This document shows, piece after piece, positions 1 to 12,123 of a stretch of DNA of 64,000 bases. The stretch is from Octopus vulgaris (lineage: Eukaryota): positions 38,502,001-38,566,000 of the forward strand of contig OX597828.1 in the NCBI GenBank assembly GCA_951406725.2, in the 5' to 3' direction. A model generated the notes under the pieces. The model was not told where the DNA came from. It saw nothing but the letters and a program-made list of their open reading frames with translations, and ran no database searches. The position numbers and the translations under genes were made by a program. Position 1 is the stretch's first letter; every line of letters starts with the position of its first letter.

Positions 1-369
1 CTCAATTCTGGGAAGAGGGTATTTTCAAGTTAACAGAAAGATGGAGACGCAGTGTGCAACAAAATGGTTCGTATTTGGTTGATTAAAAATGCAATGGCAA
101 GTATTTATTGATCTTTTTCTTTCTTTAAAAATCGGCACAAACTTTCCGGACAACCCAATACTTTGCAGAGAGAAATTTCACTCCCCAATAAGACAATGTT
201 TACTGCCTGTTATAATGGGTTTTCTAATCAGAGCTCCACCATTAAATCATAAATTTATGTGCAGCTTTTCAACCTTTCCACTTTTCTACTTCCAGGGATT
301 CACCCATAAATAAATCTCTTCCACAAATACACTATTTTTTATCCATTTATCAATTTCTTCATCTTTGTT

Positions 370-561
370 TTTTACTTGTTTCAGTCCATTTGGCTGTGGC
401 CATGCTGGAGCACCACCTTTAATCGAGCAAATCAACTCCAGGACTTATTCTATGTAAGCCTAGTACTTATTCTATCGGTCTCTTTTGCTGAACTGCTAAA
501 TTACAGGGATGTAAACACACCAGCATTGGTTGTCAAGCGATGGACAAACACAGGCACACAA

Positions 562-636
<75 letters not shown>

Positions 637-810
637 TACACATATATACAACGGGCTTCTTTCAGTTTCTGTCTAACAAATCCACTCACAAGGCTTTGGT
701 CAGCCCGAGGCTATAGTAGAAGACATTTACCCAAGGTGCCACACAGTGGGACTGAACCCGGAACCATGTGGTTCATAAGCAAGCTACTTACCACACAGCC
801 ACTCCTACGC
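370..810 (-). mobile_element. SINE family A (tRNA-like head, internal microsatellite, LINE-like 3' end)
   Basis: Minus strand reads ggagtggctgtgtggtaag...gggttcagtcccactg...ccagcatggccacag...actgaaacaagtaaaa. Other near-full copies at ~4030-4425, 12840-13210, 19755-20060, 25015-25340, 35105-35530, 36797-37180(+), 40395-41245 (interrupted), 44585-44970, 46650-47062, 52035-52427, 59465-59860 and 61290-61660. Confidence 0.9.
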
Positions 811-911
811 TTATATCTTTTATTTTTTGACTTGTTTCAGTCATTAGATTGCAGACATACCATGCTGAGGCAAGCATATTAATTTTTGTTGTTTTTTTTT
901 TTCTTTTACAG

Positions 912-1549
912 CTCCAGTGTTAGGAAGCATACCATTCATAATAACCAGGATGGAAGTTAAAGTGAAGCAAAGAACTCCAGAATGGTTTGAAGCTCGGAAA
1001 AAAGTAACCCTGACAGCTTCTAAATTTGGTGAAGCACTTGGTCTAGGCAGAGGCAAGCCCTACGATTTTTTTGTCTCCCTAATAGTGGACAGTGAGCATT
1101 ACCAAGAGGAAAATGAACAAACACGAAATATGAGTCATGGAATTAAAATGGAAAAAATCATTGGAGAAGCTTACGAACTATTAACTGGCTGTAAAACAAA
1201 TGAAACTGGATTTTGGGTTCCACAAGAGAGTGACTTGTTAGCTGGTTATGTTGGGGCTTCCCCTGATGCTTTGGTTTGTGAAGGAAGTGGGCTGAACTGG
1301 ACTATTGGACTTGCTGAATTCAAAGCCCCCATCTATAAACTTTACTCTGGAGATAATCTTATCCATGGCATCCCTCGAGCATATATGGCCCAAATTCAAG
1401 GACAAATGGCAATCTGTCGAATGCAATGGTGTGACTTTATGGCAGTTTGTGTAAAAACAAAAGAGATTATGCTAAAACGAGTTCACTTCTGCCGTGAATA
1501 TTGGCAATATATCTCTATGGAATTGATAGCTTTTTGCCAAGTTTTAAAG
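912..1549 (+). CDS. Coding exon of a YqaJ-like viral recombinase / lambda-exonuclease-family nuclease
   Basis: Family motifs in order: QRTPEWFEAR..LTASKF, HGIKME, ETGFW, GASPDAL, EFKAP (PD..ExK), YMAQIQGQM..CDF. Polypyrimidine acceptor ttttttcttttacAG (910-911). Donor AAG|GTATGT at 1549/1550, phase 0. In-frame ATG at 950 could be the start, or upstream exons lie outside the window. Confidence 0.9.
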
Positions 1550-1611
1550 GTATGTTGGAAATTTTTATCATAAAATTGATTTCCTCATGTAATTGTCATT
1601 AAACGAATGTT

Positions 1612-1820
1612 CTGGCAGAATCGTTAGCATGCCAAGTGAAATGTTTAGTGATATTTCATGTCTTCACATTCTGAGTTCAAATTCCACTGAGGTCAACTTT
1701 GCCTTTCATCTTTTTGAGGTTGATAAGATAATTACCAGTTATGTACTGAGGTCGATGTATTCTACTGGCCCCCTCCCTTACAATTTCAGGCCTTGTGCCT
1801 ATGGTAGAAAGGATTATTGA
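1612..1820 (+). mobile_element. SINE family B, diverged copy
   Basis: ctggcagaatcgttagca...ctgagttcaaattcc..gaggtcaactttgcctttcatc...gtagaaaggattatt. Many copies occur across the window. Confidence 0.85.
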
Positions 1821-2924
1821 TATGATCTAGCTTAACATGTTCACTATTTATGTTAACTAATTATTGATGTTAACTAATTATTTATGTTATCTGATTGTTG
1901 TTGTTAACCAATTATTTATGTTAACTTACTTGTTAACCAACTGTTCATGGTAATTGACTGCTGATGTTAACCAAATGTTTATATTAACTGACTGTTGGTA
2001 TTAACCAGTTGTTTACGTTAACCAATTAGTCTTCAGCCAGTTTCAGTCTTTAGACTACATGCATGCTGGGGTCCCACCTTTGAGGGTTTTAGTTAATCAG
2101 ATCAACCTCAAGTACTTTTTTTCAGTCTGATACATCCATTATTAATCTTTTTTTGTTGCTTTTTAACATGAAGGGACCAGTGGTGTATGGGGTGGGTGTT
2201 GTCATTAGGTGTGCTGTCATACAGACCATACTATGACTAACATTAGTTTTAGTTAAGAAATTTTAAATTAATTTAACATGCAACCTCTTGTCACGAAAAC
2301 GAACGTGCAACTGCACTGTCAAAGCTGTCGTACATCCTTCACCATTAATTTTTTGCCATACTCTCATTATCTTATGATACATCTGGTACCATATTATGAT
2401 ACAATGCACTGTGGGGTATGCAGTGTTATTTCAGGGCAGATGCCATCAAATTTCAAGCAGAGGTATAACAAAAGTTTTCCATTATGATTTGAGATTAAAT
2501 TAATGAGTAAGATTAATATTATAATGAATTTGCCATTTTCAATGGATGTGCTGTGCACACCCACCACATCTGGAAGGGACTCACTTCCACTCACCAGTTC
2601 TGTGTCAATTTCATCAGTCTTGGAGGGTCTGTGAAAGTCATGGCCACAACTCATTCCTCCAGACCAAAGCCAGTGAACACACACATATACATCTGTGCAC
2701 ACATACTTACACACACATACACACACATGTATAATAATGACTTCCATATAATTTCCATTACCCAAATTCCATTCAGAAGGCTACAGTAAAAGACACTTGT
2801 TCACGGGGCCACAGAAACATGAGGTTGCTATCCAATCATCTAAATCACATGTCTGTATGGTTGTAGTTAAGTTAACCAACAGTTAACTAATATTAACCAA
2901 TAAGGTTAAGTTCAAACAATTGAC

Positions 2925-3337
2925 AAGTAAATCCATGGTGTTGAACAGAAAATTTACTGCAACCCCTCTTTGATAACAGGTCAAAACAATGTACATGATG
3001 ACACTTCCAATCAGTTCAGATGAGATGCCATGAAAGCCACAGCCTGGTGCTGCATCAGTGCCCCCTGACTGGCTCCCATGCCGGAGGCATGTAAAAAGCA
3101 CCATTTGAGCATGGTCAATGCCAGTGTCACCATACTGACCCCTGTGCTGGTGGCACGTAAAATGCACCCACTACACTCTCTGAGTGGTTGGCATTAGGAA
3201 GGGCATCCAGCTGTAAAAACTTTGCCAGATCCGAATAGTGCCTGGTGCAGCCGCCTGGCTTGCCAGTCTTCAGTCAAACCGTCCAACCCATGCCAGCATG
3301 GAAAGTGGACGTTAAACAACGAGGATGATGATGATGA
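2925..3337 (+). mobile_element. SINE/retroposon family C with (GAT)n tail
   Basis: gtggttggcattaggaagggcatccagctgtaaaa...catggaaagtggacgttaaac-(gat)n. Related copies at 6540-6760(-), 6985-7130(-), 27300-27492, 57545-57750(-), 59170-59400 and 63813-64000(-). Its 5' part matches ~61160-61210. Confidence 0.8.
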
Positions 3338-3770
3338 AGCTGTTTATATCGACCACTATACTTCTACTAATAACATTGGTTTCATACAAAATAGTGATTG
3401 AGGTGGAAGGGAGATAATTCAGTCAGGCATTAGTACCACTATTTCTGCTTCACTACTGGATCTTGCTGCACGCTGATATCTTTTACTTGTTTCATGCATT
3501 AGACTGCGGCCATGCTGGGGCACCGCCTTGAATATCTTTAGTTGGACGAATTGACCCCAGTACTTATTCTTTAAGCCTAGTACTTATTCTATCGATTTCT
3601 TTGCCAAACTGCTAAGTTACGAAGACATAAGCTCACCAACATCAGTTGTCAAACGGTGGTAGGTGACAAACACAGAACAGACACAAAGGCACACAGCACA
3701 TACGTACGCAGGCACACCCACACACACACACCTATATAGATATATATATATATCAAAGAACACAAATGGA

Positions 3771-3868
3771 GTTTAAAATTTACTACAACTGTTTCACTTG
3801 CATTTTATTGATACATTCATGGATTACATCATTTCAGAAATCCACCATCCTCAGGTAAAATTTTAAAC
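3771..3868 (-). ncRNA. Minimal type I hammerhead ribozyme-like motif (degenerate stem II)
   Basis: Minus strand: gtttaaaattttac-CTGAGGA-...-GAAAC-AGTT-GTA-gtaaattttaaac. Stem I is 13 bp with one bulge. The element lies between (TA)n tracts. Confidence 0.55.
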
Positions 3869-3971
3869 ACTTATAAACAGCCAAGATAAACCTAGAAGAT
3901 GACCAACTAACACAATGAGCAAGTCAGCCAGTCCTGCCAAGATTCTAATGAGTCCTGTAACTAATCTATAC

Positions 3972-4029
<58 letters not shown>

Positions 4030-4452
4030 TTTTATTCTTTTACTTGTTTCCGTCATTTGAATGTGTCCATGCTGGAACACTGGCTTTAGTTGAACAAATC
4101 GATCCCAGGACTTATTCTTTGTAAGCCTAGTACTTATTCTATCAGGCCCTTTTGCTGAACCACTAAGTTATGGGGACATAAACACACCAGCATTGATTGC
4201 CAAGTGATGGTGGGGGGACAAGCACAGACACACAAAGTTATACATATATATATATATGTATATATATAGATATATGACAGGCTTCTTTCAGTTTCCATCA
4301 ACCAAATCCACTCACAAGGCTTTGGTCAACCCAAGGCTATAGCAGACGACACTTAGTGGGATGGAACCCAGAACCCTGTGGTTGGGAAGCAAGCTTCTTA
4401 CCATACAGCCACACCAGCACCTATGTGTGTGTGTGTGTGTGTTGAAGCAAAA

Positions 4453-4826
4453 TTGGCCCAGTGGATAGGACAGTGGACTTGTGGTCGTACAATCATGGTT
4501 TCAATTCCCAGACCAGGTGTTGTAAGTGTTTATTGAGCAAAAACACCTAAAGGTCCATGAGGCTCTGGCAGGGGGTGGTGGTGAACCCTGCTGTACTCTT
4601 TCACCACAACTTTCTCTCACGCTTTCTTCCTGTTTCTATTATACCTATATTTCAAAGGGGCCAGCCTTGCCATATAGTGTGTCATGCTGAATCTCTTCAC
4701 AAACTATGTTAAGGGTACACATGTCTGTGGAGTGCTCAGCCAATTGCACGTTAATTTCATAAGCAGGCTGTTCCATTGATCGGATCAGCTGGAACCCTCG
4801 TCGTCATTACCGACAGAGCACCACCA
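4453..4826 (+). mobile_element. tRNA-derived SINE (distinct family)
   Basis: A/B-box-like head tggcccagtggatagg...ggtttcaattccc, followed by a non-coding body. Confidence 0.55.
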
Positions 4827-4893
4827 TGTATATATATATATATATCGTTTAACGTCCGTTCTCCATGCTATATATATATATATATATATAATA

Positions 4894-5618
4894 AAAACTT
4901 ACTTGGAGAAATAAGAAAGTGACGCAAGGTGTTCGATCATATAATAACAATTTAACAAATAAAACAAATAAAACATATGCATACATACATACCTATATGT
5001 ACATAGCTACATCTATAAGTATATATACATGCATATATATATATATATATGAGTACAGCACACCACAAATAAATGTAGAACACAACGAGAAACGAAAACA
5101 TATAAAACAAACAAGGAAACGGACTTTTTTTTAACAACGAAAAACAGAGTACAAGACAAACAATCGTGTTTCGAAGGTAAGGGCAGAACACGATCCGGCC
5201 GAAGCAGTCCTTCCTGCAAAATGAATTAAATAAAATTCTTTTGCAGAGGGGTAAAAAAATAACAAGAACAGGACGTAAATGCAATACAAATAAATAAAAA
5301 TAAAGTACACATAAAGAATAAAAACAGGACAAGGAAACCAACATTAAGGGCTTTTTTAAGCCTAGACGGTGGAAAAATTCGTTGGAACGCAATTCAGAAG
5401 ATCGACTTGCTAGAGACAGAAGAAATTCGATGTTAGCTTGTTGAAATCAGCGAGCGAAAGGAAGTTTAGTAGTCTGGTCAGCGGCCAGAGAGAGGAGGAG
5501 GAGTGAGAGAGAGAAAGATAGAGAGGAAAAGAAACCAGAAAGGATGAAAAATAAGGAGAGAGACAGGTAGAGAGGAAGACAGACAGGCGTCACTTTCTTA
5601 TTTCTCTAAGTAAGTTTT
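4894..5618. mobile_element. Non-autonomous element with a 32-bp terminal inverted repeat next to (TA)n
   Basis: aaaacttacttggagaaataagaaagtgacgc (4894-4925) pairs with gcgtcactttcttatttctctaagtaagtttt (5587-5618), one mismatch. The internal part is homologous to ~12125-12376. Confidence 0.65.
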
Positions 5619-6136
5619 TATTAATAATTATGATGCGCACTCTTTAACTCTTTACTTGACCTTTCCTTCCTGCCTATATGGAATACAGGGGACTTAACTC
5701 ATGTTAGCAAACTTACGGATTTCACTGACTTGAAAATTGGTAAAAGTTATGGTTGAAAATCAGTTTTTACTGCTATCTGAGAGTGCCTCAGGAAAAATAA
5801 GTTGAGAAAAGCACAGCCATGATCGTGACCAATGTCCTCCTAAAATTGGAGCAGCATATGTGCTAATTTGTCGACGTGCATAAAGTACATTTATGTACAC
5901 ACATGCACACATCCTGCCTTTTATAGATATATATACAGGTATGGTAATGCAAACAGGTAAAATAGAACTCAAAATATAAGTATATATATATTTTTGTATT
6001 GATATTTATTTGTTGCTTCCGTTAAATATTAATAAAAATATATGTGTATACATGTGTATGTGTGTGTGTGTGTGAGAGAGTGTGTGTGTGTAATTACAAG
6101 CCTTACTTCTTCTTCTTCGTCTTCTCTTCATTACAG

Positions 6137-6418
6137 GAATCCCGACTCCGGAAGCAGTGTGGCAAAGATATCCTTGGCTTTGATATAGCTGAAGACCTTC
6201 GCCTGAAACCATTCAGCAGGAAGCTGTTTCCTGGTGAAGCAAGCATCAAAGTAGTCAACCAGCTTCAAACGGGTCCCAATAATAAATTCCTTGGTCCAGG
6301 GAGAGTTTGGCTGCCTTTTGACATGTTGATGGGAGTTAAATATGAACTGCCACCTTCACTGAGGTTGTACGGTGATCGAATCATCGATAGAATTGACAAA
6401 ACAAACAAAAAAAAGTGA
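6137..6418 (+). CDS. Probable terminal coding exon of the YqaJ-like gene (ESRLRKQ...TNKKK*)
   Basis: Acceptor cttctcttcattacAG (6135-6136) is phase 0, matching the donor at 1549. It gives 93 non-repetitive codons and then TGA. The intron is 1550-6136. Confidence 0.75.
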   Translation, partial: ESRLRKQCGKDILGFDIAEDLRLKPFSRKLFPGEASIKVVNQLQTGPNNKFLGPGRVWLPFDMLMGVKYELPPSLRLYGDRIIDRIDKTNKKK

Positions 6419-7396
6419 TTTATATTTTTGTACTTTTGTATTTATTTTGTTTTTTTTTAAATTTATTTGCTTTTTGTGTATGGCAGGGAGTAATGTATGT
6501 AACAGTTGAAATGCCTATGTGTGAGTGTGCGTGTCTCATCATCATAATCATCATCATCACCCTCATCATTAAACGTCCATTTTCCATGCTGGCATGGTTT
6601 GGATGGGTTGACAGGAACTGGCCAGCTCCCTAGCTTCAGCATGGCTTCTGTGGCTGGACACCTTTCCTAACACCAATCACTTCACAGAGTGTACTTGCCG
6701 CTTTCTATGTGGCATTGGCACAAGTGCCATTACATGGCACCAGCTTGGGTGCTTTTATGTGAATTCTTCTCAACAATAAACAGCAATGAATTCAGTTTTT
6801 GTAGGGGGTCAAGTATATCCCAAAAATATTTGAGCTGCTCTAAATGTATGTGCATGTGTCTGTGTTTGTGTATATGTAAACACACACACGTATGTATGTG
6901 TGCTTTAGCACATATTTGACTTTTTAGAGTTAGCGTCAATTTATTGAAAACAGTTGATCAAAAACAATTAAACCAAAAAACAACATCATCATCATTATCA
7001 TCATCATCATCATCGTTTAACGTCCGTTTTCCATGCTAGCATGGGTTGGATGGTTCGACTGGGGTATGGGAAGCCAGGAAGCTGCACCAGGCTCCAGTCT
7101 GATCTGGCAGTGTTTCTACAGCTGGATGCCAGTGGATTGAAATCACAGCTGTTTGACATATCTCAACTAACTGAATTATAACAAATATTTAAAAAATTGT
7201 TATTTTTGTATTAAAATGTTTCATCAAATGCATGTATGCGTAAGTGTGTGTATGTGTAGGAGTGTGTGTACTGTGTCTATGTGTGTGATGTTTATGCTCA
7301 CAACCTGGAAAACCAATGTAGTTTGTAATTGGTCCTTAGTGACCTTTATCATGACTGGGGCAAAATTTGTGGTTCTTTAAGCTAATCATTTGTTAA

Positions 7397-7618
7397 CCCT
7401 TTTGTTACCATATTTCTGTTGAGATGCTCTGTGTTTCTTTCAATTAATTTTAAATATAACAAAGAATTTAGTAAAATAACTTCGTTATCATTAAGCTAGT
7501 GTTAGGAACATAAATTGTGACTAAGGTTTGGTGGAAGATTTTAATTCGGAACTTATGAAAACAAGACATTTGTACTACAGACCCAGAAGTGGCTTCACAT
7601 GGGTTGGTAACGAAAGGG
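7397..7618. mobile_element. piggyBac-type MITE
   Basis: TTAA|cccttttgttacca ... tggtaacgaaaggg|TTAA: CCC/GGG termini with a TTAA target-site duplication. Confidence 0.85.
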
Positions 7619-8260
7619 TTAATCGATATTTGAAAATGGTGCCAGCTGATTTACTGCCCAAAAGAATCTTAGCATGCATTGTGTGTGTGCGTGTGTGTGT
7701 GTGTGTGATATATATATATCTTCTATATTTTACTTGTTTTAGTCATTAGATCATGGCCATGCTGGAGCACCACCTTGAAGAATTTTGGTTGAACAAATCG
7801 ACCCCACACTTAGGTTTTTGTAAAGCCTGCCACTTATTCTATTATTGGTCTCTTTAACTGAACCTCTAGCTTACGAGGATGTAAACACTGGTTGTCAAGC
7901 AGTGGTGGAGGTCAAAGTCAAACACGACCAGATAAACACACACACACACACGAGAGAGAGTGCTGAAAATTTTCCCTGGCTTTAAGAGTGTCATGAAAGG
8001 CTTGATCGAAGGCCCAAACTTATGATTTTTTTTTTTTTTACAGGGCTTAGAAAAACTGAAGGACCACTGCAATAAGTGTGTGAATCTGAGAGGGGTATAT
8101 GTTCAATAAAATCCTCCAGTATTTTCTTTTATCGAAAGCCAAGAACTTTTCGACTCACCCTTGTGTATGTGTGTGTGTTTGTGTATGTATGTGTGTATAT
8201 ATAAATATATATATATATATTCATTCAAATATGAGTTAAAATCAGTTCGAAGGAAATAGA

Positions 8261-8420
8261 CAATATTGTATACACATACACAGGGTATGTTTTGCTAGTT
8301 CGTGGGTCGGCTGCGCTTTTGAGCGTGGTGCATGGAGAGAATATATTCTCTTACGCCTATAAGCGCAGCCGACCCACGAACAAGCCAAACACGTGCCTTT
8401 TGTATGCACGTTCGATATTG
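8261..8420. repeat. Fold-back hairpin between (TA)n tracts
   Basis: Perfect 20-bp inverted repeat 8299-8318 / 8361-8380, extended by imperfect outer arms. Confidence 0.75.
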
Positions 8421-8795
8421 TTTATATATATATATATATATATTGGGCTTCTTCCAATTACCGTCTATCAAATCCGCTCACAAGGCTTTGGTCGGCCCGA
8501 GTGTAAGACACTTGCTCCAGGAGTCACGTAGTGAGACTGAGCCCAGAACCATGTGGTTTGGAAAGCAAACTTCTTATAAAGATGTGTACACTTATTTCTA
8601 AACTGCGTAGAAGTGCGTCGTGTGTGTGAGTGCGCGCGCGCGTGTGTGTGTGTATGTATGTGCGTATGTAGAGTGCATTACCTCCGACGCTCATCTCTTA
8701 ATGGTGTCGTGACGTCGTCATGAAATAGTCTTGAGAGACAGACATTAAAAAAGATACAAGTAAGAATGAAGAAGAAAAGAAAAAAAGATGTGAAC

Positions 8796-10016
8796 TCACA
8801 AACTGCGTGATCTCAACATAGTCGGAAAACTGGGAGAATGGCTTCATGACTTTCTGAAGGATAGAAGTCAGGTGGTAGTAGCCAATGGGGCCACCTCCAT
8901 TAACACACAAATAGTGAGCGGTGTTCCGCAGGGCACTGTTCTGGGACCACTACTTTTCATAATGGCCCTCTCAGACATGCCCTCAGCCACGCAGAGAGCC
9001 ACGATCACAAGTTATGCAGATGATACAAAAGTTTCACAGGCAATACAGAACCCTGAGGACACTAAACACCTGCAATGTGAGCTGGACGAAATATACAAGT
9101 GGGCTGAAAAGAATAGCATGCAGTTCAATGCTGGAAAGTTTCAAGCTTTATACTATCAGCATGCAAAACTGAATGCAATACCCAATGAATACACTGGACC
9201 CGGAGGGATTGCAATCCCAGAGGCACAATCAGTGCGTGACCTGGGTATTCACATGAGTGACGACGCGACCTTTCATGTACATGTTGCTAAACTGACAATG
9301 AAATGTAGACGGCTGGCTGGATGGATTCTTAGAACCTTTAGAACAAGAGAACAAGAAACCATGATGGTCCTCTGGAAGACACTTGTCCTAAGCCACTTTG
9401 ACTATTGCTCTCAGCTATGGTCACCATCCAGTGTCAAGTTGATCACAGAACTTGAGGCGATCCAACGAAGCTACACAAAGAAGATAGCCTCTATGCAGAA
9501 TGTAAGCTACTGGGAAAGACTCAAGAGATTAAAATTATATTCCCTGGAGCGTAGGCGGGAAAGATATGCCATAATATACATCTGGAAGATCCTGGAGGGA
9601 AGTGTCCTGAACTTTGGCATCGAGAGTTACGCAAATGCCAGAACTGGGCGCCACTGCGTGGTGCCTAGGACTCCAAACCTGCCATCAAGATGTAGGACAA
9701 GATTCTGTGATAGCCTGGGCTTCCGAGGCCCACAGCTCTTCAATATCCTCCCGAAGAACCTGAGAGACCTGCATGGGGTGGATACAGATGTCTTTAAAAT
9801 GAAGCTGGATCTCTTCCTGTCAGGTGTCCCAGATGAACCAACTTCACGGCAGGAGGGGCAGATGAGGGCAGCTGCATCGAACTCTCTCATGCACCAAATA
9901 GCAGTTGCTAGAAAGCCTCCATGAAGTGAAACCAAATAGCAACACCAAATGGCGGTGCCCCAGCATGGCCACAGCTCATGAGCTGAAACTGGAATCAATC
10001 AATCAATCAATCAATC
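8796..10016 (+). mobile_element. 5'-truncated CR1/L2-group LINE: RT C-terminal half, 3' UTR and (TCAA)n tail
   Basis: Open frame 8797-9924 with SGVPQGTVLGPLLF, YADD, RDLG, DYCSQLW and YWERLKRLKLYSLERRR, ending in a (tcaa)n tail. No stops in the frame, so the insertion looks recent. Confidence 0.92.
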
Positions 10017-10271
10017 ACTTATTCCAGTACAAAACTGGTACTTTATTTATCGACCCCAAAAGGAGGAAAAGATACGTTGACCTCGACAGTATTTGAACAC
10101 AGAGCGCAGAGATCCAAAACGAATAACACAAGGTTATTCATCCGACGTTTCATCGATCCAAAAGATTGTGTATGCGCGCGCGTATTTGTGTGTCAATATA
10201 TGTGTGTGTATGTATGTATTCATTCATACATACATACATACATACATACATACATACATACATACATACAT

Positions 10272-10303
<32 letters not shown>

Positions 10304-10305
10304 TT

Positions 10306-10551
10306 ATGGTGCATAATTATTGCGGCTTTTTTTCAACGAACTCTCTTCAACAAAAACAATAACAATGCTCAACAAAAACATCTTTAAATGACGGCCTGAC
10401 CGTCTGCCAAGCAAATGGGAAGCAGTAACTGATGAAGATGGTGATTATGCTCCGGAATAATCATTTAAAGAAGTTTTTGTTACATGTTGTTATTGTTTTT
10501 GTTAGATAAAATTTGTTGAAAAAAAAGCTGCAATAATTATGCACCAACCCA
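10306..10551. mobile_element. mariner-type MITE
   Basis: TIRs tggtgcataattattgcggctttttttcaac / gttgaaaaaaaagctgcaataattatgcacca. Confidence 0.7.
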
Positions 10552-10577
10552 TTATATAAACATATATATATAATATA

Positions 10578-11197
10578 CTAGCAGTATCGCCCGGCGTTGC
10601 TCGGGTTTGTAAGGGAAATAACTATATAAGCATTTTTAGAGAGTTATAGCCAAAAAATAGCAAAAAATGCATTAAAAATGGAAAAATATGATGGTAAATT
10701 TTTTTTTAAATCGTTGACTCATCGTAGACATTTTTAGAGAGTTACTTCCTTATATAATAGCGAAAAAATGCATTAAAATGGAAAAAAAAACGATGGTAAA
10801 TTTTTTTTTAAATCGTAGACTCATGTAGACGCTTTCTTAGCCATTTCTGTTTTGGTGTCTTCAAGCCATGAAGTCGTTGTTCTAAAAGAACACTGGTCTC
10901 CTTGACAACGCATTACGACGTTGATTTCCTTACACTCCCTTCCCCACAGGTGCAGGTGTGAGCGTGGACGCCAACTCCGCCGCCATCGACACACGAAAAA
11001 TTATGCATTAAAATGGAATAAAAAAATGATGTTAAATTATTTTTAAAATCGTAGACTCATCGTAGACGCGCGCTAATATTCAGACGGGCTCGATATGAAT
11101 CACGACTATAAGCTACCCGAATTTGGTTAAACTGTACCGCAAAATGTGGGAGTAGTTAGGAATCTAAATCGAAGGGGACAGACACTCACACAACTAC
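10578..11197 (-). mobile_element. Non-autonomous Helitron, family H1, 5' end missing, with internal duplication
   Basis: Minus-strand 3' end cccgagcaacgccggg hairpin + CTAG|T. Same family as 24364-24665 and 28649-29043. Confidence 0.8.
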
Positions 11198-11410
11198 ATT
11201 CCTCAACAGTTACGATGATATTTTGTTCCACCAGGGTTTTCAGGATGTCCTTGTCGAGTTCTACAGATCTTTCAGGATGAGGCTCGTCTTCTAGGCTGTA
11301 GTTTATGGCTCGGGATTTCTGGAACCACCATTGACACTGCCTTACGCTTATTGTCCAATCCCCATATACTGCATTAATATTTCTTGTACTTTGCACACAT
11401 TTATATTCTG
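11198..11410 (-). pseudogene. mariner transposase N-terminal (HTH) fragment
   Basis: STRNINAVYGDWTISVRQCQWWFQK..YSLEDEPHPERS resembles the mariner HTH and LEDEPRSGRP region. Confidence 0.75.
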
Positions 11411-11661
11411 TTATTCTTTTATATGTTTCAGCCTTGAGGTTGTGGCCATGCTGGATCATGTGTGTGTGTGTGTGTCTATCTGTCTGTCTGTCTGTATGTA
11501 TATATGTATATGTATGTGTGTGAACAATAATATTTTCAACAGATGTGTTGCAAATGTATCTGATTGTTCTCAAGCTTCAATACTGTGTGTGTGTGTATAT
11601 GTATGTATGTATGTATATGTATGTATGTATGTGTGTATGTATGTATGTGTGTGTGTATGTA

Positions 11662-11692
<31 letters not shown>

Positions 11693-11834
11693 ATGTATGA
11701 GTGTATGTTTACTTTATTACTAATTACTCTCTTCCAAGAACATTTTCACTCACTCTTAGCTCTTAGCTTCCCATACATTTTACTCATGTATCTATCAGCG
11801 TCATAGACAGAATACTTTCACTTTAGTCTTCCTC

Positions 11835-12123
11835 AAATCACTCTGTCGCTATTTACTTTCATTTTATTCGTTGCCCACTGTGTGTGTGCGTTTGCGTGTG
11901 GTGTAAACCAGACTAAGAAAAGCATTTGACACACACACCAGAATGTGAGTTTTCTGTAAATTTTGCTTAATTGGAGTTTAAATTTTAAAAACTGGACCTG
12001 GCATGACGCGATGCATTGTACTCTTAAAACTGCTAGGTAAATTGTAATTGAAGAAATGCTATATTGTAGATTTGTATAACTCCCAAAGGGAGGCAGATAA
12101 AATCTGCCTTTTATAATAAGAGA
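11835..12123 (-). mobile_element. Putative Helitron family H2, 5' part
   Basis: Reads A|TCtcttattataaaaggcag on the minus strand. It is near-identical to 26188-26460(+). No 3' CTAG end was seen. Confidence 0.55.

Noticed and set aside
376-882. Recurring ORFs such as [27 protein letters not shown]
   Set aside because: They are antisense translations of SINE A, repeated at many loci.
1550-1573. Single-exon, prokaryote-style reading of ORF 917-1573 (phage gene or contamination)
   Set aside because: Strong splice signals flank it and host SINEs surround it. VCWKFLS* is intron read-through.
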